A stretch of 64,000 bases of DNA from contig JBFHIJ010000006.1 of the NCBI GenBank assembly GCA_041596515.1, positions 11,845 to 75,844 on the forward strand. Direction: 5' to 3'. Position 1 is the stretch's first letter; each line of letters begins with the position of its first letter. Origin of the DNA: Chlorobiota bacterium. Lineage in GTDB: Bacteria > Bacteroidota > Ignavibacteria > Kapaibacteriales > UBA2268. The notes under the pieces were generated by a model, which was given only the letters and a program-made list of their open reading frames with translations, was not told where the DNA came from and did not search any database. This document shows, piece after piece, positions 9,775 through 20,132 of the stretch. Position numbers and translations under genes: made by a program.

Positions 9775-10650
9775 ATGGAAATGCCAAAATTTCATGAGAC
9801 TTTCATTCCAATTTTAAAAGTGTTAGAAAATGGAGAAACTCTCCAAGCAAGAGAATTGTATAAAAAAGTAATCGCTCAATTCTATACGGAACTTTCAAAA
9901 GAGCAATTGGAAGAAAAAACAAAAAGTGGAGACCTTTTAATAATTAACAGGATCGCTTGGGGGAAGTCTTACTTAAAAAAGGGAGGATATATTGAATTCC
10001 CAAAAAGAGGATTTGTAAGAATAACAGAAAAAGGAAAAACTCAAACAACATCAGACTTGACTTTAAAACAAGTTGAAAGCTCTGATAATTACCTTGAATT
10101 TTACAATGAGGAAAACTCCCAAAAAGAATCGACTCCTTCAATAATTAAGAACGCATCACCACAAGACCTAATTGACGAAGGTTTTAATCAAATTGACATT
10201 CAGGTAAAAGATGAATTATTAGAAAAACTAAAGGAAATTGATCCATTCTATTTTGAGAAAGTTATTCTTATTCTTCTCAAAAAAATGGGATACGGTGATT
10301 TTGTTGAAACAGCAAAAACTGGAGATGGTGGAATAGATGGGATAATTAATGAAGATAAACTTGGATTGGATAAAATATACATTCAAGCTAAGCGATATGG
10401 AGAAAATAAAGTACGTGAAAAGGACATTCGTAATTTTATCGGAGCAATGAGTGGAGATACTCAAAAAGGTGTTTTCGTTACCACATCATCCTTTGATACA
10501 GGAGCAATTAAAAAAGCTCACGATGCTCATCATACAATTATCTTAATTGATGGTTTAAAATTGGTAGATCTTTTGCATCAATATAATGTTGGTATTCAGG
10601 TTAAAGCAGTTTATGAAGTAAAAGAGTTGGATAATGATTTCTTCGAGTAA
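9775..10650 (+). CDS. mrr: Mrr-family type IV (modification-dependent) restriction endonuclease
   Basis: N-terminal Mrr_N winged-helix region. C-terminal Mrr_cat PD-(D/E)xK core (GDGGIDGII...LDKIYIQAKRY). Confidence 0.75.
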   Translation: MEMPKFHETFIPILKVLENGETLQARELYKKVIAQFYTELSKEQLEEKTKSGDLLIINRIAWGKSYLKKGGYIEFPKRGFVRITEKGKTQTTSDLTLKQVESSDNYLEFYNEENSQKESTPSIIKNASPQDLIDEGFNQIDIQVKDELLEKLKEIDPFYFEKVILILLKKMGYGDFVETAKTGDGGIDGIINEDKLGLDKIYIQAKRYGENKVREKDIRNFIGAMSGDTQKGVFVTTSSFDTGAIKKAHDAHHTIILIDGLKLVDLLHQYNVGIQVKAVYEVKELDNDFFE

Positions 10651-10860
10651 AATAATTAATATGTAGATTTATGGCTAATCGATTGGAAATTTTAAAAAAA
10701 TACAGAAGAAATTTTCAAAGATGGAGATGCTAAATATGTTTATTGAGGTGTAGTATATTCGAATGAAAACAATTTCCGAGAAAACAAATCATCAAGTGAG
10801 TATTTTGTAAATGAGTTTAATATTAATATTAATATTATTGACAATATAGCTCTTTGTTGT

Positions 10861-11094
10861 ATGTTATGTGATGCAAGTAAAGGCTCGAAACTACTTGAGG
10901 ACTGGCTTGAAAGTGACTCCTGTAAGAAAAAAGAAATACTGGTTGATTCTGTTGCTGACGTTGTGAAAATGGTATTAAGAATCCATCGAAACGTTATAGT
11001 TAATATTCTGATTGACAATGAAGTTTTGTCCGACAAGATTAGAGCTGAAATTCAATTTGATAGCAATTTGGAAACCAGGCAAATCCGGCTATGA
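10861..11094 (+). CDS. hypothetical small ORF inside the Mrr cassette, possibly a gene fragment
   Basis: 77-aa ORF with no recognisable domain. It runs into repeat copy 2 in a different frame from the NHL gene tail. Confidence 0.2.
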   Translation: MLCDASKGSKLLEDWLESDSCKKKEILVDSVADVVKMVLRIHRNVIVNILIDNEVLSDKIRAEIQFDSNLETRQIRL

Positions 11095-11275
11095 GATAGA
11101 GTTGATGGGAGAGTAGAGAGGTTTTTTATGTGAGGTAAGTTTTGTTTTAAGATAGCCTAATATCCAATTTATTGATATGTTATACGTATTTTAAACGAGT
11201 AATGAAAATATATTTTGCTATATTTGCTTGTATAGTTAATCGTTTTATACCTTAAAACTGTTGTGCAAAAGTCGA
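11078..11275 (+). repeat. direct repeat copy 2 (displaced or duplicated NHL gene 3' end)
   Basis: Core is near-identical to 9557-9595 and would encode ...GKSGYEIELMGE* in frame. The flanking ~160 bp align to 9596-9735 with many substitutions. Confidence 0.7.
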
Positions 11276-11288
11276 TACTGGAGGTATT

Positions 11289-12122
11289 ATGGACAAGTTT
11301 TTTAATACTTTACATACTACATTTTCTTATGAAGCATTTTTAAATACAATAATTAACTTTCTTCCTAATTTAATTGCTGCATTATTCATACTATTTGCTT
11401 TTCATATTTTATGGAAGCTACTAAATAAATTTTTAAATGTGTTATTTAAAAAAATATCAATAGATGGAACATTTCAAAACTTTATTAACAATATTACCAA
11501 AAATATTCTTTTATTAATTGGAATAATTACTGCACTATCTCAAGTAGGTATTAATACTGGTTCTATGTTAGCAAGTTTAGGTGTCGCAGGTTTAACTATT
11601 GGTTTCGCTGCAAAGGATGCATTATCGAATATTATTTCCGGGTTATTTATTTTTTGGGACAGACCTTTCGTAATTGGTGATTTAATTGAAATAAATAATC
11701 AATATGGTAAAGTTGAAGAAATCACGATGAGGTCAACAAGACTTATTACAGTTGATGGTAAAATGTTATCAATACCTAATTCACAAATTTTAAATTCCAT
11801 GGTTGCCTCATATACAAATTTCCCTAATTTGCGAATTGATATCGATTTCACTGTTTCTTCAATTACAAATCTTAACAAGTTACGTATGTTTTTATTTGAA
11901 TTAGTTCAAGATAATGAGATTTATCTCTCTAAGCCTGAACCTGAAATTGTATTAAACAAAATTAATGACTATAATATCGAATTATTGTTTAGAGTATGGA
12001 TAAAAAATGAGAAAGAGCATGTAAAAATCAGATTTAAATTAAGGGAAAAAATACTCGATAAATTGATTGAAAATAAAATTGAAATGCCGTATGAAACTAT
12101 AAATATTGTAATGGATAAATAA
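11289..12122 (+). CDS. mscS: small-conductance mechanosensitive channel (MscS family)
   Basis: TM helices followed by the conserved MscS beta-domain (GDLIEINNQYGKVEEITMRSTRLITVDGKMLSIPNSQI). Confidence 0.75.
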   Translation: MDKFFNTLHTTFSYEAFLNTIINFLPNLIAALFILFAFHILWKLLNKFLNVLFKKISIDGTFQNFINNITKNILLLIGIITALSQVGINTGSMLASLGVAGLTIGFAAKDALSNIISGLFIFWDRPFVIGDLIEINNQYGKVEEITMRSTRLITVDGKMLSIPNSQILNSMVASYTNFPNLRIDIDFTVSSITNLNKLRMFLFELVQDNEIYLSKPEPEIVLNKINDYNIELLFRVWIKNEKEHVKIRFKLREKILDKLIENKIEMPYETINIVMDK

Positions 12123-12546
12123 TCGTAGCAGTTTAGACTTCCGCAGAACACAGCATAGCTGCTGCACTTTCTGTAGTTGCTTGGCCTTTAACACATTTGC
12201 TTCCGAGGCACTGCGGCAAAGGTCGGCTATGCTTGAACGTTACATGTAAGCTTGAAAATCAAGAAATGATAAAAATCATAAGTATCATAAGTATTTTATT
12301 CACATTTGGATTCCATGGTTTAAAAATTATGTATTACTTGTATCATCTCCAATGCAATGAAATTGCAAAATTGCATTGCATCAGATATTAAAATACAAAA
12401 TTGATAGTTAATATAGTGAAGTAATGTGAGTGTCATTTTGATATTACTAAGCAACTCCAGCACCTCACCAATAAAGAATTACTACATTCCAATTTAAAAT
12501 AAAAAATTATATATTCGGCTAATTGCTTGAATGTGGCAATAATTCT

Positions 12547-12586
12547 GCAAAAAAAAAGACGCAATTACAATGCGTCTTTTTCAAAA
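12547..12586. terminator. bidirectional intrinsic terminator
   Basis: Stem aagacgca/tgcgtctt flanked by A9 on one side and T5 on the other. It lies just 3' of the minus-strand gene ending at 12612. Confidence 0.55.
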
Positions 12587-12611
12587 TCTATAGTTTTACT
12601 CGAATCTATCT

Positions 12612-13412
12612 TTAAAACGGTGGATACCAGATAACACCAAATCTTGGAATAGAGAAGAATTCTGATACCTCTGCAGGGCGTGAATCACCCTCAATTTCTA
12701 CAGACATCGCTTCACTGCCAAACTTAAAGTCTACGCGCCATTCGGCTGATAAGGTAAGCATGCCATAAGTATCCATATCAAAATTGAAGAACATCCCCAG
12801 ACCAACATTCATGCCCAACTGATTATTTGTTTTAGGAACCCTTGCATCCAGCGCTTCATCATAAATAGAGATATTGCTGGAAAAGTAAGTCATACCAATA
12901 GTAGCAAAAAAGTTGATACGATTTTTAGGATTAGGTATCCAGTGAGAAGATAAATTATATACTGTATATGTAAATGGATCTATGTTTACATTTTCTTCTG
13001 ATACTTTAGTATTTTTAGAGTAGGTATAAGCACCCTCTAAAAGCAGATAGTCAGTAACGCCATACATAATTCTTCCACCATAAGCAACGATACCGTCGTA
13101 AGAAACTGACTTATCTAATGTGCCACCTTCTTTTTGAGATATTAGTTGTGACTGCACAACGGTATTAGTACCAATGACAGGACCAAAACCAATATATCTG
13201 ACAAAAGGGTTCATCATAATTTCGCCGGTTTCTTCATCTATATATTCACCGTCTTGGAGTTCTACTTCCTCTCCTTCATATTCCTCTTCGTAGTATTCGC
13301 CTTCTTCGTAAGCCTCTTCAGTTTCCTGGGCATATAAAGAGAAGGAACTAATAATAAATACAAAGGCAAGTATAAAAAGATTGAAAAGATGTTTTGCATT
13401 ATTTGTAGTCAT
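12612..13412 (-). CDS. outer-membrane beta-barrel protein with acidic E/Y-rich N-terminal region; candidate internal start within the TatD ORF
   Basis: Internal Met (MTTNNAKHLFNLFILAFVFIISSFSLYAQ) gives a signal peptide. The C-terminus ends ...FGVIWYPPF with a terminal Phe, typical of OM beta-barrels. It is in frame with TatD, with no stop codon between them. Confidence 0.5.
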   Translation of the reverse strand: MTTNNAKHLFNLFILAFVFIISSFSLYAQETEEAYEEGEYYEEEYEGEEVELQDGEYIDEETGEIMMNPFVRYIGFGPVIGTNTVVQSQLISQKEGGTLDKSVSYDGIVAYGGRIMYGVTDYLLLEGAYTYSKNTKVSEENVNIDPFTYTVYNLSSHWIPNPKNRINFFATIGMTYFSSNISIYDEALDARVPKTNNQLGMNVGLGMFFNFDMDTYGMLTLSAEWRVDFKFGSEAMSVEIEGDSRPAEVSEFFSIPRFGVIWYPPF

Positions 13413-14132
13413 AGATATTACCTCTTCTGTAGAAATTGATTTTATTTCTGCAATTTTTTCTGCCACATATTTCACTCTTTCAGGTTCATTCCTCTTACCT
13501 CTGAAAGGTACAGGAGTCATATATGGAGAATCTGTTTCTATCATAATTTTGTCTAAGGGGGCGGCTCTTACGACCTCGCCCAAAGTAGATTTCTTAAACG
13601 TAATATTTCCCGTAAAAGAGACCATGAAGCCCAAATCTAATGCTTGTTTTAATACATTTACATCAGACGAAAAGCAATGCAGTACGCCTTTTAAAGTGCC
13701 GTCTTGCATATCTTTTAACGTGCTAATCAAGTCTTCGTCAGACTCTCGGTTATGGATAATTACAGGCAGATTTAACTCTTTTGCCAACGCTAATTGATTT
13801 TTAAAAGCACTGATCTGCACATCTTTTGGAGTAAAGTCATAATAGTAGTCAAGCCCAATTTCGCCAATAGCTTTTACATTGTCATCATTTGCTATCTTTC
13901 TAATATTATCCGCAACTACTTTATTATACTCAGCTGCATTATGCGGATGAACTCCCAGACCGCAGTATATATTTTTGTTCTTTTGCGCTAATAATATTAC
14001 TCTTTCAAAATCTTTTGGTTCAATTCCGGGAATAATTATAGCTTCCAAACCACTGTCCATAGCTCTGCGTATAACTTCCTCTCTATCCTGATCGAATGCT
14101 TCAGTATCTAAGTGTGCGTGAGTGTCTATCAT
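13374..14132 (-). CDS. tatD: TatD-family metal-dependent hydrolase/DNase domain; the ORF has no own stop and reads through into the downstream barrel
   Basis: MIDTHAHLD start, then GEIGLDYY, HNRES, ETDSPY and C-terminal ...NAKHLFNL, which together are the full TatD motif set. The 3' end coordinate is approximate; it marks where TatD homology ends. Confidence 0.75.
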
Positions 14133-14219
14133 AAGTCCTATATTCTATATTATAAATAATAACAAATATACTCATTATTGCAGAAAAAATTGTAGTAATG
14201 GAATAATGTAAATACTTTA

Positions 14220-14957
14220 TCAGACGGATTTAGACATTATTCTGGAGATTGATTCTATAAGCTGTTTATTAATAGCAGTCAAACTGTTTTCTATATTTCC
14301 CTGATTGATATGGCAATCATGCAATATATTTTTTTCAGTTAATATGCTTGAAAGAGCCAGTGTGGAACCGCAAACCGAATCATGTTCGCCGGATGCTAAG
14401 TAAATATGTCGTCTGCTTTTTAAGAAAGTCATCCAATATGGATCAGTCAGGTTAGGCAGGAAGTGAACGGGAGAGTTATAGTAACAGTTATCATCAAAAT
14501 ATTCGCCGGTTGATATAGATAAATCATATTGACCACTAACGGCAATAGTACCAATAAATATATCAGGTCTTCTAAAAAAAGTATTAGCTGCGTGGTAGGC
14601 TCCTTCCAGAGCTCCTGCAGTTATAATAGGTACGGGAGTGCCACAGCTATTAAAAATGTAAGGCAATACTTCAGAAGTCAGAAACAAATTAAAGTCGAGC
14701 AACATTTCTGATTTTTCATTTAAAGCACGCGAATTCTTCCAAATGTGATTGGATGGGTTTGCAACTGAGTATATTTTGCATTTTCCTTTTTTCAAAAGAG
14801 GCAAAAGCATTTCAATCAAGCCGTCTTTCTCAGACTGTAAAATATTATCTTCGCCTGAAGAAAATAGTACAATAGCTACACCGCATTTTCCATAGACAGC
14901 GATGTCAGTATTACCACCATAAAAATGGCTATCAATATGTTTAATCTCTCGTTTCAT
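14220..14957 (-). CDS. hypothetical protein, possibly an alpha/beta-hydrolase/esterase-like fold
   Basis: 245-aa ORF lying just upstream of tatD on the same strand. No clear GxSxG motif. Confidence 0.35.
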   Translation of the reverse strand: MKREIKHIDSHFYGGNTDIAVYGKCGVAIVLFSSGEDNILQSEKDGLIEMLLPLLKKGKCKIYSVANPSNHIWKNSRALNEKSEMLLDFNLFLTSEVLPYIFNSCGTPVPIITAGALEGAYHAANTFFRRPDIFIGTIAVSGQYDLSISTGEYFDDNCYYNSPVHFLPNLTDPYWMTFLKSRRHIYLASGEHDSVCGSTLALSSILTEKNILHDCHINQGNIENSLTAINKQLIESISRIMSKSV

Positions 14958-15202
14958 AGTAACATCAATATACTTATCACAGCTGATAATATCAAACTAA
15001 AATATGTAACGTGTAGAAATATATACGGATCTATGGGCTAAGCTAATATGTGTCAATATTAAAAATTTTGTATATCAACAAAGAATAAACCACGAAAGAC
15101 AACTAAAGGTAATTAGTAAAAGTTTACGATTAAATTGTTATCATTGTGGAAAACTCTAACTTGTTTATTCCCAAAGCGTTTGGAATATTCTAATTATTTT
15201 CC

Positions 15203-15210
15203 TAAATTTG
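15203..15210 (+). promoter_or_regulatory. TAnnTTTG (Bacteroidota sigma-A -7-like) motif upstream of tpl
   Basis: TAAATTTG lies ~105 nt upstream of the ATG. Motif match only. Confidence 0.2.
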
Positions 15211-15313
15211 TTACTCTTAATAGAAAAACTACTTATACAAGCGGTTTAATAGATAGTTAACATAAACCCGAAAAGCGGGGATGTTACATTGATGAATTTT
15301 AAGAAGGATTTAA

Positions 15314-16702
<1,389 letters not shown>

Positions 16703-16733
16703 TCATTATAAATTAGTATTTTGACAGAGCAAA

Positions 16734-16772
16734 AGTGCCCCGCATTCAGAAATGGTGCGGGGCATTTTTCGA
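16734..16772 (+). terminator. intrinsic terminator of tpl
   Basis: GC-rich stem tgccccgc/gcggggca with an 11-nt loop, followed by TTTTT. Confidence 0.8.
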
Positions 16773-16863
16773 TTTTGAAATATTTGGAGCAGATTAATCT
16801 ATAACATAACTCTTCATGTATGGGTATGAGAAAGTTGCATAATAAAAAATCCGCACTCCGAAA

Positions 16864-17256
16864 TTAGAAATATGAAAAAGGCAAATCTTTAACTCCTCTG
16901 TCGAGTCTATTGATAACTTGCACCAAATTTCGGAAATTGAATGTTTTACTGATATATATATCTGCTCCGTATTGTTTAGCTTGATTGATTAGCCACTGCT
17001 CAGTAAGTGCAGATAAAATAACAATTTTCAATTCGTTATTAGATTCTCTAATTTTGCGTAGAGCTTTGATACCATCCATTTCAGGCATATTTAAATCTAA
17101 TAATAGCAAATCAGGTTGCTCCTCTTGCACTTTTTGGAGCACTTCCTTTCCATTTGCTGCAATCGAGATATCCTTCTGATTAAAACTAATACTTAAATAC
17201 TTGCTAAGTAGTTCCGCAGAAAGTCTATGGTCATCGGCGATAAGTATCTTTTTCAT
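16864..17256 (-). CDS. single-domain response regulator (CheY-like receiver)
   Basis: Receiver motifs ILIADD, LLLLDLNMPEMDG and K near the C-terminus. 130 aa with no output domain. Confidence 0.75.
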   Translation of the reverse strand: MKKILIADDHRLSAELLSKYLSISFNQKDISIAANGKEVLQKVQEEQPDLLLLDLNMPEMDGIKALRKIRESNNELKIVILSALTEQWLINQAKQYGADIYISKTFNFRNLVQVINRLDRGVKDLPFSYF

Positions 17257-17532
17257 CAGATTGCCTATTAATATATCTATTAACTAATTGATATAATATA
17301 CAATATATTCAGAATGCAAAAATACGTATTTTATAAAAAAGGTAGTTAGTACCGATATAAAAGATTAATACTTACTTGAGGTTAGGTATAAAAAAATTAT
17401 ATATACTGGTATCAATATAGGTATTACAACGGAAATATATAAAAATAAGTAATATTAGTTTGAGCTTAAAAATAATTATTGTATATTACTTATTCAAAAT
17501 CAAACTTATATGATTAATATAGGTAATAAGGC

Positions 17533-18192
17533 ATGAAAGTTAGTAGAGTCTTTGTCGCAGATGATGAGCCTTTGTTTTCTTCTCTTCTTCAACAGTTAGT
17601 TCAAGAAAATAAGCAAATGGAGTTGGTTGGTGCCGCAAAAAATGGCAGTGAGGTGTTGGCATTCGTTAATAGTTCAAATACAGACTTACTTGTATTAGAT
17701 ATTAAAATGCCTGACAAATATGGTGACGAAGTTCTTGAACAGTTAATTCCGGAAAATCCTGATTTGAAGGTTATGATGCTTTCCGCAGAGTTAGATCCTA
17801 AATTGATTAAAAAAACACTCAATTTAGGAGCCAAGGGGTTTGTAAGTAAAAATGTAGACGTAGAAGAACTTGTGTGTGCTATGGAAAAGATATTGGAAGG
17901 GAAACAATATTTATGTTCTGATGTAACTATGGCACTGGTTCAAAATAGAACTCCAAACAAAGTCAATTGCTGTCTTGGACATGAATTTACTTCTCGCGAG
18001 AGAGAAGTATTAGATTATATGTTAGAAGGCTTTACAACTTCTGAGATAGCTACAAAACTATGTTTAAGTCCACGCACCATAGAGACTCACCGCAGAAATA
18101 TGCTGGCGAAGTTTGGGGCACGAAATGTACCACATCTTATCAATATTATCTATTCTAAAAAGGAAGACGATAGCCGAAAAGATTTTAAATAA
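17533..18192 (+). CDS. response regulator, NarL/FixJ family (REC plus LuxR-type HTH)
   Basis: Receiver (VFVADDEP, DLLVLDIKMPDKYG) followed by a LuxR HTH (LTSREREVLDYMLEGFTTSEIATKLCLSPRTIETHRRNM). Confidence 0.8.
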   Translation: MKVSRVFVADDEPLFSSLLQQLVQENKQMELVGAAKNGSEVLAFVNSSNTDLLVLDIKMPDKYGDEVLEQLIPENPDLKVMMLSAELDPKLIKKTLNLGAKGFVSKNVDVEELVCAMEKILEGKQYLCSDVTMALVQNRTPNKVNCCLGHEFTSREREVLDYMLEGFTTSEIATKLCLSPRTIETHRRNMLAKFGARNVPHLINIIYSKKEDDSRKDFK

Positions 18193-18199
18193 AAAAATA

Positions 18200-18232
18200 T
18201 GGGGGCTAACGCCCTTTTTTTTTATCCCGTTT
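18200..18232 (+). terminator. weak intrinsic terminator after the LuxR-type regulator
   Basis: Stem gggc/gccc, loop taac, then T9. Confidence 0.35.
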
Positions 18233-18925
18233 GAGACTAATAATTCAAAACCAATTGTTTAAACCCAATCTATACTCCCAAATTCCTTTGTGCATATCAA
18301 TCAATACCACAAACAAACTATAGTATTTGAAAAAAGATAGACTTTTAGATATTTATATTCTAAATACGCAAAATAGTTGCTAAAAAAGCTATTGAACCTT
18401 TCATAATATATACGTACTAATCCGCAAATTCTACTAATTATTTCAAAAACTACGCAGATATAATTAAAAATGCGAAATATCAAAAAAAAATAAAATTAAA
18501 TATCAAAAAGTATAAATAATAATAACATAAATATTTGTTTAAAAGCAATCTTCCTAAATATAGTGATAGCCGAAAGAATACGAGAATGATGGTTAATATT
18601 ACCTTGAAAAATTAGAAGAGAAATCCTAAGGGTTTTCCGCAGAATTAAGTATTATTTGCTATCTATTGACAAGTAATATACAATACTTATTCTCTTATTT
18701 TCAGGGACTTATGGTATTGTGTAGCTACTGTTTTAGAAGTAAATTGCTTGTGAAAGTTATGACATGGTTGACCAAACACTAATCAAACAAAAAACAATCA
18801 ATGACATAACTTACCCGAATAAATCGGGACTGGATTTTAAAAATTACTTCACATCCTAGGCACGAAGTAAATACAAAATCCAAAAGTTAACAAAACATTT
18901 AAATAATCCATAAAGGAAAAGTAAG

Positions 18926-19417
18926 ATGAAAAAGTTTTTCGCAATCGCTCTCGCTTTCGCAATGTTCGCTTCTGTTAATATGTTCGCTGATGATGTAACT
19001 GGTCCTGGTATTGAATTAATGCCTGCAACAGCAGATGCAACAATCAATTTAACAGTATTACAACAAATAGTAGTAACTACTGAGTCTGTTCTTGATTTTG
19101 CTGTAGTTGAAGGTACAGATTCTTACAATCCTGAAACTGGTAGTTTAGAAGCACTTTCTTATAATGTAATATCTACAAATGGCTATGCATTGACTTATGG
19201 TTTAGATTTTGTGATAGCTACACAACCAACAGGTTCTACAGATGCTACAGCTCCTACTATCTCTTTTGCTGACGCTACAGATGGTGAAGTAGCAGTTGGT
19301 AGTAACGATGGTGATATTGATTTAGACTTTACAGTGAATGGAATTAGTGCAATGGATTCTGAAGCTGGCGATTATTCATATACTTACACTCTAAGTGTGT
19401 ACTATACAAACTTCTAA
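18926..19417 (+). CDS. pilin-like secreted protein, SCPU/Csu-type (archaic chaperone-usher subunit), gene 1 and candidate major subunit
   Basis: Signal peptide. C-terminus GDYSYTYTLSVYYTNF resembles CsuA/B ...GDYKDTLLVTVNF. It is followed by a 10-bp-stem hairpin. Confidence 0.55.
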   Translation: MKKFFAIALAFAMFASVNMFADDVTGPGIELMPATADATINLTVLQQIVVTTESVLDFAVVEGTDSYNPETGSLEALSYNVISTNGYALTYGLDFVIATQPTGSTDATAPTISFADATDGEVAVGSNDGDIDLDFTVNGISAMDSEAGDYSYTYTLSVYYTNF

Positions 19418-19429
19418 GAAGATTATCTC

Positions 19430-19460
19430 ATATAGTAGGGACTAAGTATGTCCCTACTAT
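19430..19460 (+). terminator. hairpin between pilin genes 1 and 2 (attenuator or partial terminator)
   Basis: Perfect stem ATAGTAGGGA/TCCCTACTAT with a 9-nt loop. No strong T-run follows. Confidence 0.35.
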
Positions 19461-19483
19461 ATAAATTAAATAGGAGAGTGTAT

Positions 19484-20068
19484 ATGTATTTATTCAAAAA
19501 AATCTTTGCAATATTGATTGCAATAATAATAATCTCTCCGGTATATGTTTATAGTGCTGAAACGCAACCAGACCCAGAACCAACTAATCAAGCAACTGTT
19601 AACATCGAAATATTAGAGCAGCTTACTTGCATAATCGATCCAATTAGTAATGCTGGTGTTGGAAGTTCGGACTTGATATTGGTGCAAGGCACTAGTAGGA
19701 CTGAAGATGAATTTGAAGGTGGATATATTGAACCAACTTATACATTTAAAGCTTGGGGTAAACGAGACCAACCTATTACAATTAACTTCAATGCTACAAA
19801 TTGTGCAAGTTCTGGTGAGATGAAATATTGCGACCCGACTAATCAGGTTAAAGCAACTGTTTCATGGCACTCAGCATCACGACCAAATGAGTTCAACAAA
19901 TTGAACACAAATGTTTGGGAAACGGGATTATATGAAACTCAAAGTGATCCCCATGTGGGAATTGAACAAGCTTATATGATTATTACAAAAATAGAAGCTG
20001 CGGAAGGTACTCCTCCAGGGAATTATACTATCCCATTCACAGTAAGTGTTTATTATACCGGATTTTAA
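19484..20068 (+). CDS. pilin-like secreted protein, SCPU/Csu-type, gene 2
   Basis: Start moved to MYLFKKIFAILIAIIIISPVYVYSA (signal peptide; AGGAGA SD 10 nt upstream). C-terminus PGNYTIPFTVSVYYTGF. Confidence 0.55.
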   Translation: MYLFKKIFAILIAIIIISPVYVYSAETQPDPEPTNQATVNIEILEQLTCIIDPISNAGVGSSDLILVQGTSRTEDEFEGGYIEPTYTFKAWGKRDQPITINFNATNCASSGEMKYCDPTNQVKATVSWHSASRPNEFNKLNTNVWETGLYETQSDPHVGIEQAYMIITKIEAAEGTPPGNYTIPFTVSVYYTGF

Positions 20069-20079
20069 TAGAAAAAATA

Positions 20080-20117
20080 TAAAATCCCTGACTTTGGCTA
20101 AGACAGGGATTTTTTAA
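20080..20117 (+). terminator. hairpin/terminator between pilin genes 2 and 3
   Basis: Stem AAATCCCTG/CAGGGATTT (9 bp) followed by TTTTTAAC. Confidence 0.4.
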
Positions 20118-20132
20118 CAAGGAATCAAAAAA

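Noticed and set aside
12197-12391. 64-aa ORF in the mscS to tatD intergenic region
   Set aside because: No SD and a Cys/His-rich low-complexity translation. The region looks like structured non-coding RNA/terminator sequence instead.
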